Origin: a virus
Lineage: Duplodnaviria > Caudoviricetes
DNA length: 64,000 nucleotides
Reading direction: 5' to 3' (one strand)
IMG/VR virus record: IMGVR_UViG_3300031813_000669
Span: 1 to 64,000 of that record
Numbering within the stretch: position 1 is the stretch's first letter; each line of letters opens with the position of its first letter. Positions 19,129 to 27,971 of the stretch are shown here, one piece after another. The position numbers and the translations under genes were made by a program. The notes beneath the pieces were generated by a model. The model made no database searches, had not been told where the DNA came from, and saw only the letters and a list, made by a program, of their open reading frames with translations.

Positions 19129-19195
19129 TGTTTCTTCCTAGTTAGCACTCTGTTTCCCGATCAGAGCTTGCGTTTCCCACCAGTTCATGTATAAT
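19129..19195 (+). promoter_or_regulatory. promoter cassette: TGTTTC x2 (19129, 19151), -35 TTGCGT 19168, -10 TATAAT 19190
   Basis: Same 22-nt box spacing as at 734, 3138 and 7055. Confidence 0.6.
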
Positions 19196-19239
19196 GGACT
19201 CATAAATTCGTTGACACATTTCTTTTTTATTATTTTATT

Positions 19240-20064
19240 GTGAGGTATATTATGGCTCGTGGAGTTCCTAAGAATGGTTTTCGTATGACTGCAAAACGTA
19301 AGGCTGAAATGACTATCGAAGTCAAAGAGTCTAGGTTTACTATTAACCAGCGTTTTGACTTTGTTTCTGATATGGTATCAATGCTCGGCAAGGGTGACCA
19401 GGCTTCGGTTGTTGTGACTGGTCCTGGTGGTCTTGGTAAGTCACACACTGTATACCAGACTCTTGTTAAGAATGGTTTCAAGGACGTTACCACTCTTGAT
19501 GGTTTCAAACCTGGTGATGTTATCGGCAAGAAATACTTTGTTGTAGTCAAAGGTTATTCGACCGCCAAGGGTTTGTATCGTACTCTGTATGAGAATCGTA
19601 ACGGTGTTATTGTATTTGATGACTGTGACTCGGTACTCAAGGATCCTGTTTCTCTTAACATTCTAAAAGGTGCGCTTGATTCTTATTCTAAGCGTATTAT
19701 CTCTTACAAAGCAGATATTCGTGATGATGATCTGCCGAATGTATTTGAGTTCAAAGGTCGTGTTATCTTTATTTCTAATCTTTCTTCATCACAGCTCGAC
19801 CAGGCCATTATCTCACGTTCAATGGCTGTCGATCTTTCGATGACTAATGAACAGAAAGTCGACCGTATGCGGTTCCTTATCAATCAGGATGATTTCATGC
19901 CTGAATATGATAAGTCACTCAAGACTGATGCAATCAATCTTATTGCTTCTCTTGTTGATTCTGTTAAAGACTTGTCGCTTCGTACCCTTATCCAGGTTAC
20001 CAAGATTCGCAAGTCTGCTGACAAGAACTGGCGTGATCTCGCTGAGTATGCAGTCTGTGGTTGA
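19240..20064 (+). CDS. AAA+ ATPase
   Basis: Walker A GPGGLGKS, Walker B VIVFDDCD, RVIFISN sensor. Confidence 0.85.
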   Translation: MRYIMARGVPKNGFRMTAKRKAEMTIEVKESRFTINQRFDFVSDMVSMLGKGDQASVVVTGPGGLGKSHTVYQTLVKNGFKDVTTLDGFKPGDVIGKKYFVVVKGYSTAKGLYRTLYENRNGVIVFDDCDSVLKDPVSLNILKGALDSYSKRIISYKADIRDDDLPNVFEFKGRVIFISNLSSSQLDQAIISRSMAVDLSMTNEQKVDRMRFLINQDDFMPEYDKSLKTDAINLIASLVDSVKDLSLRTLIQVTKIRKSADKNWRDLAEYAVCG

Positions 20065-20119
20065 CATTGACACAAGGATGTGTTACCATTTTCATGTAAA
20101 TTAATTGAGGTTTTATATT

Positions 20120-21259
20120 ATGAAGTTAAATCAAAATCAAAAGGACTTTCTACAAGCTGTTAAAGAGGTGCTTGGTGATAAGGTTATTGTCAACCGAGCA
20201 GAAATCGACCAAGTGGTTTCGGAGAAAGGTGTTAAGTTTCCATTCTGGTTGACTGCCAAATCAACTTATCGGGTAGGTCGTGGAGAGTATTCACTACCAG
20301 GTACCAATCAGGTAGCTCCCCAGGTAACTATTCCGGAAACAGTTGAAGCAATGGCTCAGGTAGTTCATCTTCGACAACCTAAACTGATTGATGAATCTGA
20401 TTCATCTGTTCCTGAAGTATGGCCTGATTATGTACCTTTTGGTTTTTATAAAGACCTGTTGAATATCGTCAAGTCTAGTATGTTTTATCCTATCTTTATT
20501 ACTGGTCTTTCTGGTAACGGTAAAACTTTGATGGTTGAACAGGTATGTGCAAAACTGAATAGGGAGTGTATCCGTGTTAATATCTCTATCGAAACTGATG
20601 AATCTGATCTATTGGGTGGTCCTACTCTGGTTAACGGTAATGTTGTTAATAGAGATGGCCCGGTTCTGGTAGCAATGAAACGTGGTGCTGTTCTTTTGAT
20701 TGATGAGGTGGATCGTGGCTCAAACAAGCTTATGTGCCTGCAAGGTATTCTTGAAGGAAAACCATACTTCAACAAGAAATCAGGCGAAATGGTCCACCCA
20801 GCACCAGGTTTCAACGTCATTGCAACCGCAAATACCAAAGGTCGTGGATCAGAAGAAGGTCGGTATCTTTCGCAGATTCTTGACGATGCCTTCCTTGAAA
20901 GGTTCCCGATTACTGTTGAACAAGAATATCCAGATGTAAAGACTGAAAAGAAGATTCTATCTCCTTTGATTGATGATCCGGAATTTGTTGATAATCTTGT
21001 TAAGTGGGCTGATGTGGTTCGTATCTCTTTTGAACAAGGTGCTATTGATGAACTTATTTCAACCCGTCGATTGGTTCATATTGCGAAAGCTTATTCTATC
21101 TTTAAGAATAAGATGAAGGCGATTGAACTTTGTGTAAATCGGTTTGATGTAGATACTAAAACTGCATTCTTGGATTTGTATACAAAAGTTGATGAAAAAG
21201 TGGAAGATCAAACTCCACTTGAACAAGCTGAAAATAAAATGAAGGAAATTCCATGGTGA
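20120..21259 (+). CDS. cobS: CobS/MoxR-like AAA+ ATPase of T4-like phages
   Basis: GLSGNGKT, LLIDEVD, ATANTKGRGSE.GRY, LDDAFLERF, ISTRRLVHI; TTGACA-17-TACCAT promoter at 20061-20089. Confidence 0.8.
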   Translation: MKLNQNQKDFLQAVKEVLGDKVIVNRAEIDQVVSEKGVKFPFWLTAKSTYRVGRGEYSLPGTNQVAPQVTIPETVEAMAQVVHLRQPKLIDESDSSVPEVWPDYVPFGFYKDLLNIVKSSMFYPIFITGLSGNGKTLMVEQVCAKLNRECIRVNISIETDESDLLGGPTLVNGNVVNRDGPVLVAMKRGAVLLIDEVDRGSNKLMCLQGILEGKPYFNKKSGEMVHPAPGFNVIATANTKGRGSEEGRYLSQILDDAFLERFPITVEQEYPDVKTEKKILSPLIDDPEFVDNLVKWADVVRISFEQGAIDELISTRRLVHIAKAYSIFKNKMKAIELCVNRFDVDTKTAFLDLYTKVDEKVEDQTPLEQAENKMKEIPW

Positions 21260-21864
21260 TTGATATTATGTCTAATGTGATTTTTCATCCTATGAAAGAT
21301 TCTAGCAGATTGGATCTTGGTGTCCGACCCAAGTGTTCGATTGATGGTTGTGATAATGACTGTCAATTTATGGGTTCTTATAAGAAAAACGGAGAACCAC
21401 AATTCAGAAAGATTTGTTCATCCTGTCATTCCAAAATTACAGCTGAAAAAAGAGGATTGAAAAACATGGGACAGGTCATTGCTGTTAATGCTGGTTTTTC
21501 TTCGATTTCGGAATATCAAAATGCTTTGGCTGTAGAAAAGGGATTTACTGATTATTATGATTATCAGAATGCTTTAGCTATCGAAAAGGGTTTTAAGAGT
21601 TATTCTGATTACCAGAATTCAAAACATCCTTATCGTAAATACAGAAAAGATTATTGTGAGAACATTGATGGTAGACTAGGTTACGTTTGTACCACAACCA
21701 TTCATTGGGATGGTATGTTAGATGTGGATCATATTGATGGAAATCCGTCAAATAATAATCCATTGAATTTGCAAACATTATGTAAGTGTTGTCATGCTCT
21801 CAAGTCTAACATGAGTGAAGATTATAAAACAGAAGGGAGAAAAGCCCTTGGAATCAAATATTGA
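21253..21864 (+). CDS. HNH endonuclease with internal 14-aa tandem repeats
   Basis: LDVDHIDGNPSNNNPLNLQTLCKCCHALKS; N-terminal CSIDGC zinc motif. Confidence 0.85.
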   Translation: MVIDIMSNVIFHPMKDSSRLDLGVRPKCSIDGCDNDCQFMGSYKKNGEPQFRKICSSCHSKITAEKRGLKNMGQVIAVNAGFSSISEYQNALAVEKGFTDYYDYQNALAIEKGFKSYSDYQNSKHPYRKYRKDYCENIDGRLGYVCTTTIHWDGMLDVDHIDGNPSNNNPLNLQTLCKCCHALKSNMSEDYKTEGRKALGIKY

Positions 21865-21871
21865 GGATATA

Positions 21872-22135
21872 ATGGTGATAGATATGAATGATGATGAGAA
21901 GCTGAATCTAAAGGAACTGTTAAAGACTAATGTGGTTGAGGTTAAGTTTAAGAAAGTCAACGGTGATGAGAGGTTGCTACAATGCACTCTCCAGCCTTCA
22001 CTTCTCCCAGAGTCGGTGGTGAAGGAGGAGACACGGAAGCAGAGCGACACTTCTCTTGCTGTCTGGTCGATTGAAGATGATGGTTGGCGATCCTTCCGTT
22101 GGGAGTCTATTATTTCGTTTGGTATTAAGGAGTAA
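21872..22135 (+). CDS. WYL_2/Sm-like SH3 beta-barrel protein (DUF2693-like)
   Basis: VVEVKFKKVNGDERLLQCTL...VWSIEDDGWRSFR. Confidence 0.75.
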   Translation: MVIDMNDDEKLNLKELLKTNVVEVKFKKVNGDERLLQCTLQPSLLPESVVKEETRKQSDTSLAVWSIEDDGWRSFRWESIISFGIKE

Positions 22136-22137
22136 AT

Positions 22138-22380
22138 ATGAAGTTTGTTAGTATGTTGTTTGCATTGGTATTGGTCGGTTGTTCTGATGCGGAATTAGGT
22201 AAGATTGAAGCAATTGGACAAGGTGGACATATTGAATGCTGGTCTGGAAATCATAAGTATTATGAAGGTGAGTCAACAGGTAAGATCATGACTGAACATG
22301 AAACTGATGGTTGGTTTTTTATGGAAAAAGGTACTAATGATTTGATCCGTGTTTCTGGTCCCTGTGTGATTCGTAACTAA
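22138..22380 (+). CDS. small predicted lipoprotein
   Basis: Signal peptide with lipobox LVGC. Confidence 0.6.
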   Translation: MKFVSMLFALVLVGCSDAELGKIEAIGQGGHIECWSGNHKYYEGESTGKIMTEHETDGWFFMEKGTNDLIRVSGPCVIRN

Positions 22381-22434
22381 ATAACAAAGAAGGAACGATT
22401 TAAACAAGGACGTTTCTTTTTTATTTGGTGAATT

Positions 22435-22954
22435 ATGAATGAGAATAAGTTTATTGTAATTAAAGGTAGAAATACAGTTGTTGGTAAATATGGTTTGCAT
22501 TATGAAATTTATGATACTGTGAATTTCATTTGTTCTGAAAAAGAACTTCAAAAATATCAAAGGCGATATGTTTATTATAATCTATATCATGTCGACCACA
22601 AAATGAAACCCATTCGTTTTAGACGGGATGTTAATTGCCGTAGACGCCACCTATTAAAGTGTGATGGCACTATTTTTGCTGAAAAAGTAAAGATTTTTGA
22701 CTATCAAGATGGTACCTATTATGGTTTTATTCCTGTAGAGGCATTCAATTACTAATATGACAAAATTCCAATTAAATAAAAAGGATGTAGAGAAGATTCT
22801 CGAAATTATGAATAAGTTTCCTCAAGACAGAAATTATGAACTTGAGTATCATCCTGGTGCTATTGGGTATAGTATTGAAATGACTGTTCCAGTTTCACTA
22901 AAAGGTCAAATGGGAACATTTAAAATTGATATTACTGATCCGGGAGAGTGGTAA
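22435..22954 (+). other. two hypothetical ORFs (22435-22755, 22757-22954)
   Basis: ORF track; adjacent starts and stops. Confidence 0.55.
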
Positions 22955-22960
22955 AATTTC

Positions 22961-23002
22961 TTGACAAAAATGGTCAGAAATTGATATAATCCAGTATAAA
23001 TA
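22961..23002 (+). promoter_or_regulatory. tandem promoters for pmoC: TTGACA-18-TATAAT and T4 late TATAAATA (22995-23002)
   Basis: Exact consensus hexamers and octamer 85-125 nt upstream of the pmoC ATG. Confidence 0.7.
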
Positions 23003-23087
23003 AAATTGATGATTTGGGGTGTGACAGGATGACGCACCAACCCGACAAGGATGTTTAAGTGTAACTTTAAGATGTTAAGAGGTAATT

Positions 23088-23864
23088 ATGGCTACTATTG
23101 CTAAAGATGTTGTAACGTCAGAGGCACCACTACTCAATAAGGCGTGGTTGACCGCTGCATTTGGTATCTATGCTGTGTTCTATTTCTGGGTACGTTGGTA
23201 TGAAGGCGTATACGGATGGGCTGCAGGACTAGATTCATTCGCACCAGAGTTTGAAACTTATTGGATGAATTTCTTGTATACAGAAATTGTCCTAGAAGTG
23301 ACAACTGCAAGTATTCTATGGGGTTATATTTGGAAGTCAAGGGATCGTAACCTTGCCGCTATTACTCCAAGGGAAGAACTCCGCCGTAATATGACACACC
23401 TTGTATGGTTGTTTGCATACGCAAATGCAATCTACTGGGGTGCATCATACTTTACTGAACAGGATGGTACTTGGCATCAGACTATCGTAAGAGATACTGA
23501 TTTTACTCCAAGTCATATCATTGAGTTCTACCTGTCATACCCAATCTACATTATCACTGGATTTGCGGCATTCTTGTATGCCAAGACCCGTCTGCCATTC
23601 TTTGCAGAAGGTCTATCCCTGCCTTACCTGGTGACTGTGGTTGGTCCTTTCATGATTCTACCTAATGTTGGCCTCAACGAATGGGGACACACCTTCTGGT
23701 TCATGGAGGAACTCTTTGTGGCTCCCCTCCATTACGGATTTGTGTTCTTCGGATGGTTGGCACTAGCAATTGCAGGAGTTCTTCTCCAAGTGTTTGCCTC
23801 ATTTGGCAACCTTATTGGCAAAGAAGTAACTGAAGCAGTAGACAGTGGTCTTATTGCTAAGTAA
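23088..23864 (+). CDS. pmoC: particulate methane monooxygenase subunit C (gammaproteobacterial type), phage auxiliary metabolic gene
   Basis: VRWYEGVYGWAAGLDSFAPEFETYWMN, RDRNL..ITPREELRR, GASYFTEQDGTWHQTIVRDTDFTPSHIIEFYLSYPIY, PNVGLNEWGHTFWFMEELFVAPLHYGFV. Confidence 0.98.
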   Translation: MATIAKDVVTSEAPLLNKAWLTAAFGIYAVFYFWVRWYEGVYGWAAGLDSFAPEFETYWMNFLYTEIVLEVTTASILWGYIWKSRDRNLAAITPREELRRNMTHLVWLFAYANAIYWGASYFTEQDGTWHQTIVRDTDFTPSHIIEFYLSYPIYIITGFAAFLYAKTRLPFFAEGLSLPYLVTVVGPFMILPNVGLNEWGHTFWFMEELFVAPLHYGFVFFGWLALAIAGVLLQVFASFGNLIGKEVTEAVDSGLIAK

Positions 23865-23894
23865 ATTTAAGATTAACTTACGTCTAATCTTATG

Positions 23895-23920
23895 AAGGGG
23901 AACTTCGGTTCCCCTTTTTT
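23895..23920 (+). terminator. rho-independent terminator after pmoC
   Basis: AAGGGGAAC-TTCG-GTTCCCC-TTTTTT; preceded by an 8-bp inverted repeat TAAGATTA/TAATCTTA (23868-23892). Confidence 0.9.
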
Positions 23921-23935
23921 ATTTCGGAGAAAAAT

Positions 23936-24421
23936 ATGATTAAACTATTTTTATTACTTTTATGTTTTAGTACTGCAAACGCAGAAACACTTCCTAATCC
24001 AAACATTCCACCAGTTTCGGATTTGATTAACGGAGAAATTCTTCCAATGCAACCTTCATTGGCAAAAGAACAGTCGATGGAAATGAATCAAACGATTGGA
24101 AAGATGACACTCTTTACTCATAAGACACTTAGAGAAAAGGGTACCAGGGCACCTATTCATGTTCATCCTTTTGGTGGACAAACTTGTGTTGTCTCTGGTG
24201 AAATGACACTATACATGGACGGTGCAAAACCTGCAAGAAAAGTCGCGGGAGAATGTTATTGGATGCCACCTAAGATTCGTATGAGTGGTGTTAATACTGG
24301 TGATACTGATGCCCTAATGTTCGATACTTTCCTTGTGGACACTGAAGAAGATATATGGATTATTGTGGAACCAAATCTTCCATTCAATCAAAAGCAATAT
24401 AATACATTTAAACATCACTAA
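23936..24421 (+). CDS. secreted cupin-domain protein
   Basis: Signal peptide (..STANA-E); APIHVHPFGGQTCVVSGE.TLYMDG...AGECYWMPP cupin motifs. Confidence 0.75.
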   Translation: MIKLFLLLLCFSTANAETLPNPNIPPVSDLINGEILPMQPSLAKEQSMEMNQTIGKMTLFTHKTLREKGTRAPIHVHPFGGQTCVVSGEMTLYMDGAKPARKVAGECYWMPPKIRMSGVNTGDTDALMFDTFLVDTEEDIWIIVEPNLPFNQKQYNTFKHH

Positions 24422-24425
24422 AAAT

Positions 24426-24450
24426 AAAGGGGAACTAAGTTCCCCTTTTT
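24426..24450. terminator. bidirectional rho-independent terminator
   Basis: AAAGGGGAAC-TAA-GTTCCCC-TTTTT between convergent genes. Confidence 0.85.
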
Positions 24451-24451
24451 A

Positions 24452-24808
24452 TTATGCTCTTGATGGATATAAACCATTTATACAAATAATATAAATTGGT
24501 TCTTCAGAATAATTCTTCTGAATTTCCCTAGATTCTACGACCGGATCACACAAATATCCAAAATTACCAGGATCACCAGTTTCGTGGGATCTTTTAACTT
24601 CAGTATTTCTAACAAAGTATTCTCTTTCTTTGAAACTCAAATTAGGTAATGCAAAATCATTAATGCCGTCTCCACCATAAGTTGTGCCTAAGATAGAATA
24701 CAAAGCTTCAAAATGTTTAATTGGTAATTTTTGACCATTACATAATGCAAATCCTTCTGGCGCATAATTACCAGCAAACAATTTAATTACTCCCAAATAC
24801 TCTTCCAT
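24452..24808 (-). CDS. phage tail collar domain protein
   Basis: YLGVIKLFAGNYAPEGFALCNGQ.LPI....ALYSILGTTYGGDG..FALPNL...YIICINGLYPSR; TATAAATA on the minus strand at 24837-24844. Confidence 0.85.
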   Translation of the reverse strand: MEEYLGVIKLFAGNYAPEGFALCNGQKLPIKHFEALYSILGTTYGGDGINDFALPNLSFKEREYFVRNTEVKRSHETGDPGNFGYLCDPVVESREIQKNYSEEPIYIICINGLYPSRA

Positions 24809-24906
24809 ATTATTCTCCTAATTTAAAAATACGAATTATTTATAGGGCTTGACAACCCTGTGTGGTTGTGTTACAATGGTCCCCTAAATTATGTTATGGT
24901 GATCTT

Positions 24907-25287
24907 ATGTCAAATCTTGATGCGTTCTTTGAACCCGCCACTCTCCATGATCTTGGTAAATTTCTGACCGATGACGAACAGAAATCATTGACCAAGGCAG
25001 AAGTCCAATCCAAAATTCGTCAGCGTCGATCTCAGATGCTGGTGCATTCCCGTATCTATTATGTCCTTGATGAAAATATCGTTTCTGACGATAAATGGCA
25101 ACAATGGGCAAACGAATTGCGTGATCTACAAGAACAATATCCTAAGTATTGTAAAATAGATTTTTATGATCGTGAGTTTGCAACGTGGAATGGTGATTCC
25201 GGTGCATTCCTTCCGTTGAATGATCCTTATGTAGTGGGTAAGACTCAACAAGTTATTAACCAATGGTATAAAGAAAATGAAAAGTAA
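24907..25287 (+). CDS. stand-alone NAD+-dependent DNA ligase N-terminal (domain Ia)-like protein
   Basis: HSRIYYVLDENIVSDDKWQQWANELRDLQEQYP resembles LigA H..YY..D.P.ISD..YD....EL..LE..YP; promoter TTGACA-17-TACAAT at 24849-24877. Confidence 0.6.
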   Translation: MSNLDAFFEPATLHDLGKFLTDDEQKSLTKAEVQSKIRQRRSQMLVHSRIYYVLDENIVSDDKWQQWANELRDLQEQYPKYCKIDFYDREFATWNGDSGAFLPLNDPYVVGKTQQVINQWYKENEK

Positions 25288-27466
25288 TACACCGAAAACC
25301 ACCTATGATTCTGATGATTTGGGTATTATTTTATCTGGTCAAAAAGAAAGTAAACCAGTATACATGAAGTGTGCTTATAATTATTATAAGATTAAACGTG
25401 TGGTTGACATGGGTGATTTCTATATGTTAGAATCCCCCGAAGAAGATGGTGTTATAGGATTAGACGATGAGTAATATCTATCAACCTTTAGTATATACCA
25501 GTTTCAAAGGTAAATGTTATGAGTTTCCTGAAGAATTATCTGAAAGGTGGGATTTCCTAACTACTAAATTGGTATATGCAGAACAAGAGAATTTCGAAGA
25601 ACTATTGCGTGGATATTCAATAGTATTTAAATATGAGTTCGGTCAATATGAGATAAAATCTTGAGGTAATATTATGAATGATGAAGTAAAACAACTACTT
25701 CTTGATTGTCAGGTATTGTTTGAAATGGAATATGGTGATAAGTGGAAAATTCTAAGTAATGATTCTAAACTTAAACAAACCATGTTGAAATTGAAAGAAG
25801 TATTGGGTGAAGAATGAAAGTATACATTGGACCATATACACATTGGATCGGACCATATCAGATTGCTGATTGGTTAGAGCATTTTTGTGTTCTTGAAAGG
25901 GACCGTGATCGTATTGGTGAATGGTTAGCCAATACTTGGGTCAAAGATTTCTGTCAATGGATTGAAGATAAAAAAAGCCGTAATATGTTTATTCATATTG
26001 ACGGTTATGACGCATGGAATGCCGATGATACCATGGCAAGAATCATTCTACCTGTTATGAGAAAGGTCAAGGAAAATAAACAGGGATATGGTTTTATTGA
26101 TGATGAAGATGTTCCAGAAGAAATTCGTTCTACTAATGCTGGTCCTAAAGAAAATGAATGGGATTGGGATGATAATGCAGAAAAGCGTTATGAATGGGTA
26201 TTAGATGAAATCATCTGGGCATTTGAACAGATTCTAGCTCCTAATGCAGAAGACCAATTCCATACTGGTGTTATTGACCATATATGGGAACCATGTGAAA
26301 ACTCAAACCTGAGTAAATTAGGTCATGGACCAAAACATACCCATGAGTTTGATATAGATGGATATAAGGTCTGGTCTAAGAGAATTGATAACGGAACAAC
26401 CTTATTTGGTAAGTATTTCAGAACATTTTGGACTTAATGGTATAGTATATGTCGGACGAAAATACAAAAGTAAAACATTCTAAACGTATATTTCATACTG
26501 AAACAGTTATTGCTAAGAGAAGAAAACTTCTTAAACAGTATAATATGGATTGGGATAACAACAGAATGATTAAACAGAAACACCGTCTATCTAAGATGAA
26601 TGGTATCAACTGTGGTAATCCGGGTTGTATGTTGTGCATTAACCCCAGAAAGTATGGTGAAAAGACCATTCAAGAATTAAGTTTTGAACAAACAGAAAAG
26701 TGGAGTGAAGAATGATTGAATTTGAGAAAGATACTTGGGAAGAGTTTGTATGCAATTTTGCTGGCAAATTAAGTGTTGGGTATACCATCGAAGATGCTTT
26801 GAAAAATTTTCTGAAAGAATATTGGACAGTTCTCAATGTTCTGGAAAGTAAAGCAATGGAAGAAGAGAAAGAAGAATCTCTTGATGCTTACTTTGAACGC
26901 AGAATGAAACCTGTGTGGAATTATGTGTATAATCTGAATAGAGAAATTGGTAAGTTAAAGGCTGATGTTGCTCTATTGAAGGAAGCTGATGCTGCCAGAA
27001 CAATGACTTATGGTCCTATAAAGTATCCAAATAATATTCCACCGACTCATGAATATCCACTGGATTGGTATAAAGTTACCGCACATTCAAATGCACAAGA
27101 TAATCAACGTATTCCTGGTTTGATGCCAGAAGGATTTGCAACTACTGGTTATATGCAAGTAGTAGATCCAAAGTATACAGCTGCACAGATGAAAGATTGG
27201 TCTGGACTGAGGTTCGATGATCCGGCAGAGAGAAGGTAATGAATTTACTTAATTATTTTGGTGCTAGAAGGAGGTTAGTTGAGGTAAACAAAACCATTAT
27301 GGCTATGGGTGGTGAAGAGGAAGCACCCCCATTACTTTTAGCTCAAAGTGATATGACAGCTGATGAGGTAACATATTTCTACTATGAATCAATTTCTGAT
27401 GTGATATATACTTTTATATTCTTATTGATTTTAATTGTTGGATATGGAGCAGCTGATGCCCTGTAA
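25277..27466 (+). other. cluster of hypothetical ORFs (25277-25474, 25467-25664, ~25816-26437, 26449-26715, 26712-27239, 27239-27466)
   Basis: Coupled ORFs in the ORF track; no recognisable catalytic motif. Confidence 0.6.
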
Positions 27467-27470
27467 AAAA

Positions 27471-27968
27471 ATGATATTGGATATTTCATTGTCAGAATTG
27501 AACAGTGAACTACAGTATGAAAAAGAAGGATTTTTCACCCGAAAAAACTCAAAAGGTGGAAAAATTATAGGTTCCAGAGCAGGAAATATTGATAGAAATG
27601 GTTATGTACACGTTTCCATCAATAAAAGAAGGTATCTAGAACATCGATTGGTTTGGTTGTATCACCACGGTTATTTACCAGATAACTTTATCGACCATAT
27701 CAATAGAAATCCTTCTGACAATAGAATAGAAAATCTCAGAATTTGCCCAAATAATCATAGACAAAATGCACAAAATACTGGCAAATTTTCACATAATACA
27801 TCTGGACATAAAGGTGTAGGTTGGTCTCCAGGAAAAGGTAAGTGGAGAGCAGTAATTGGTGTTAAAGGTAAGAGTATACATTTGGGTTATTTCAAAGATA
27901 AAGTGAGTGCAATACAAGCTAGGAAAATTGCCGAAAAGCAATTCTTTGAATTTAGTGAAGAGGATTAA
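27471..27968 (+). CDS. HNH endonuclease with C-terminal AP2 DNA-binding domain
   Basis: YLEHRLVWLYHHG...IDHINRNPSDNRIENLR; SGHKGVGW...KWRAVIGV.GKSIHLGYF. Confidence 0.9.
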   Translation: MILDISLSELNSELQYEKEGFFTRKNSKGGKIIGSRAGNIDRNGYVHVSINKRRYLEHRLVWLYHHGYLPDNFIDHINRNPSDNRIENLRICPNNHRQNAQNTGKFSHNTSGHKGVGWSPGKGKWRAVIGVKGKSIHLGYFKDKVSAIQARKIAEKQFFEFSEED

Positions 27969-27971
27969 ATA

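Noticed and set aside
23088-23864. Host chromosomal pmoCAB operon or contamination
   Set aside because: No pmoA or pmoB; flanked by phage-type ORFs, a T4 late promoter and the same AT-rich composition as the rest.
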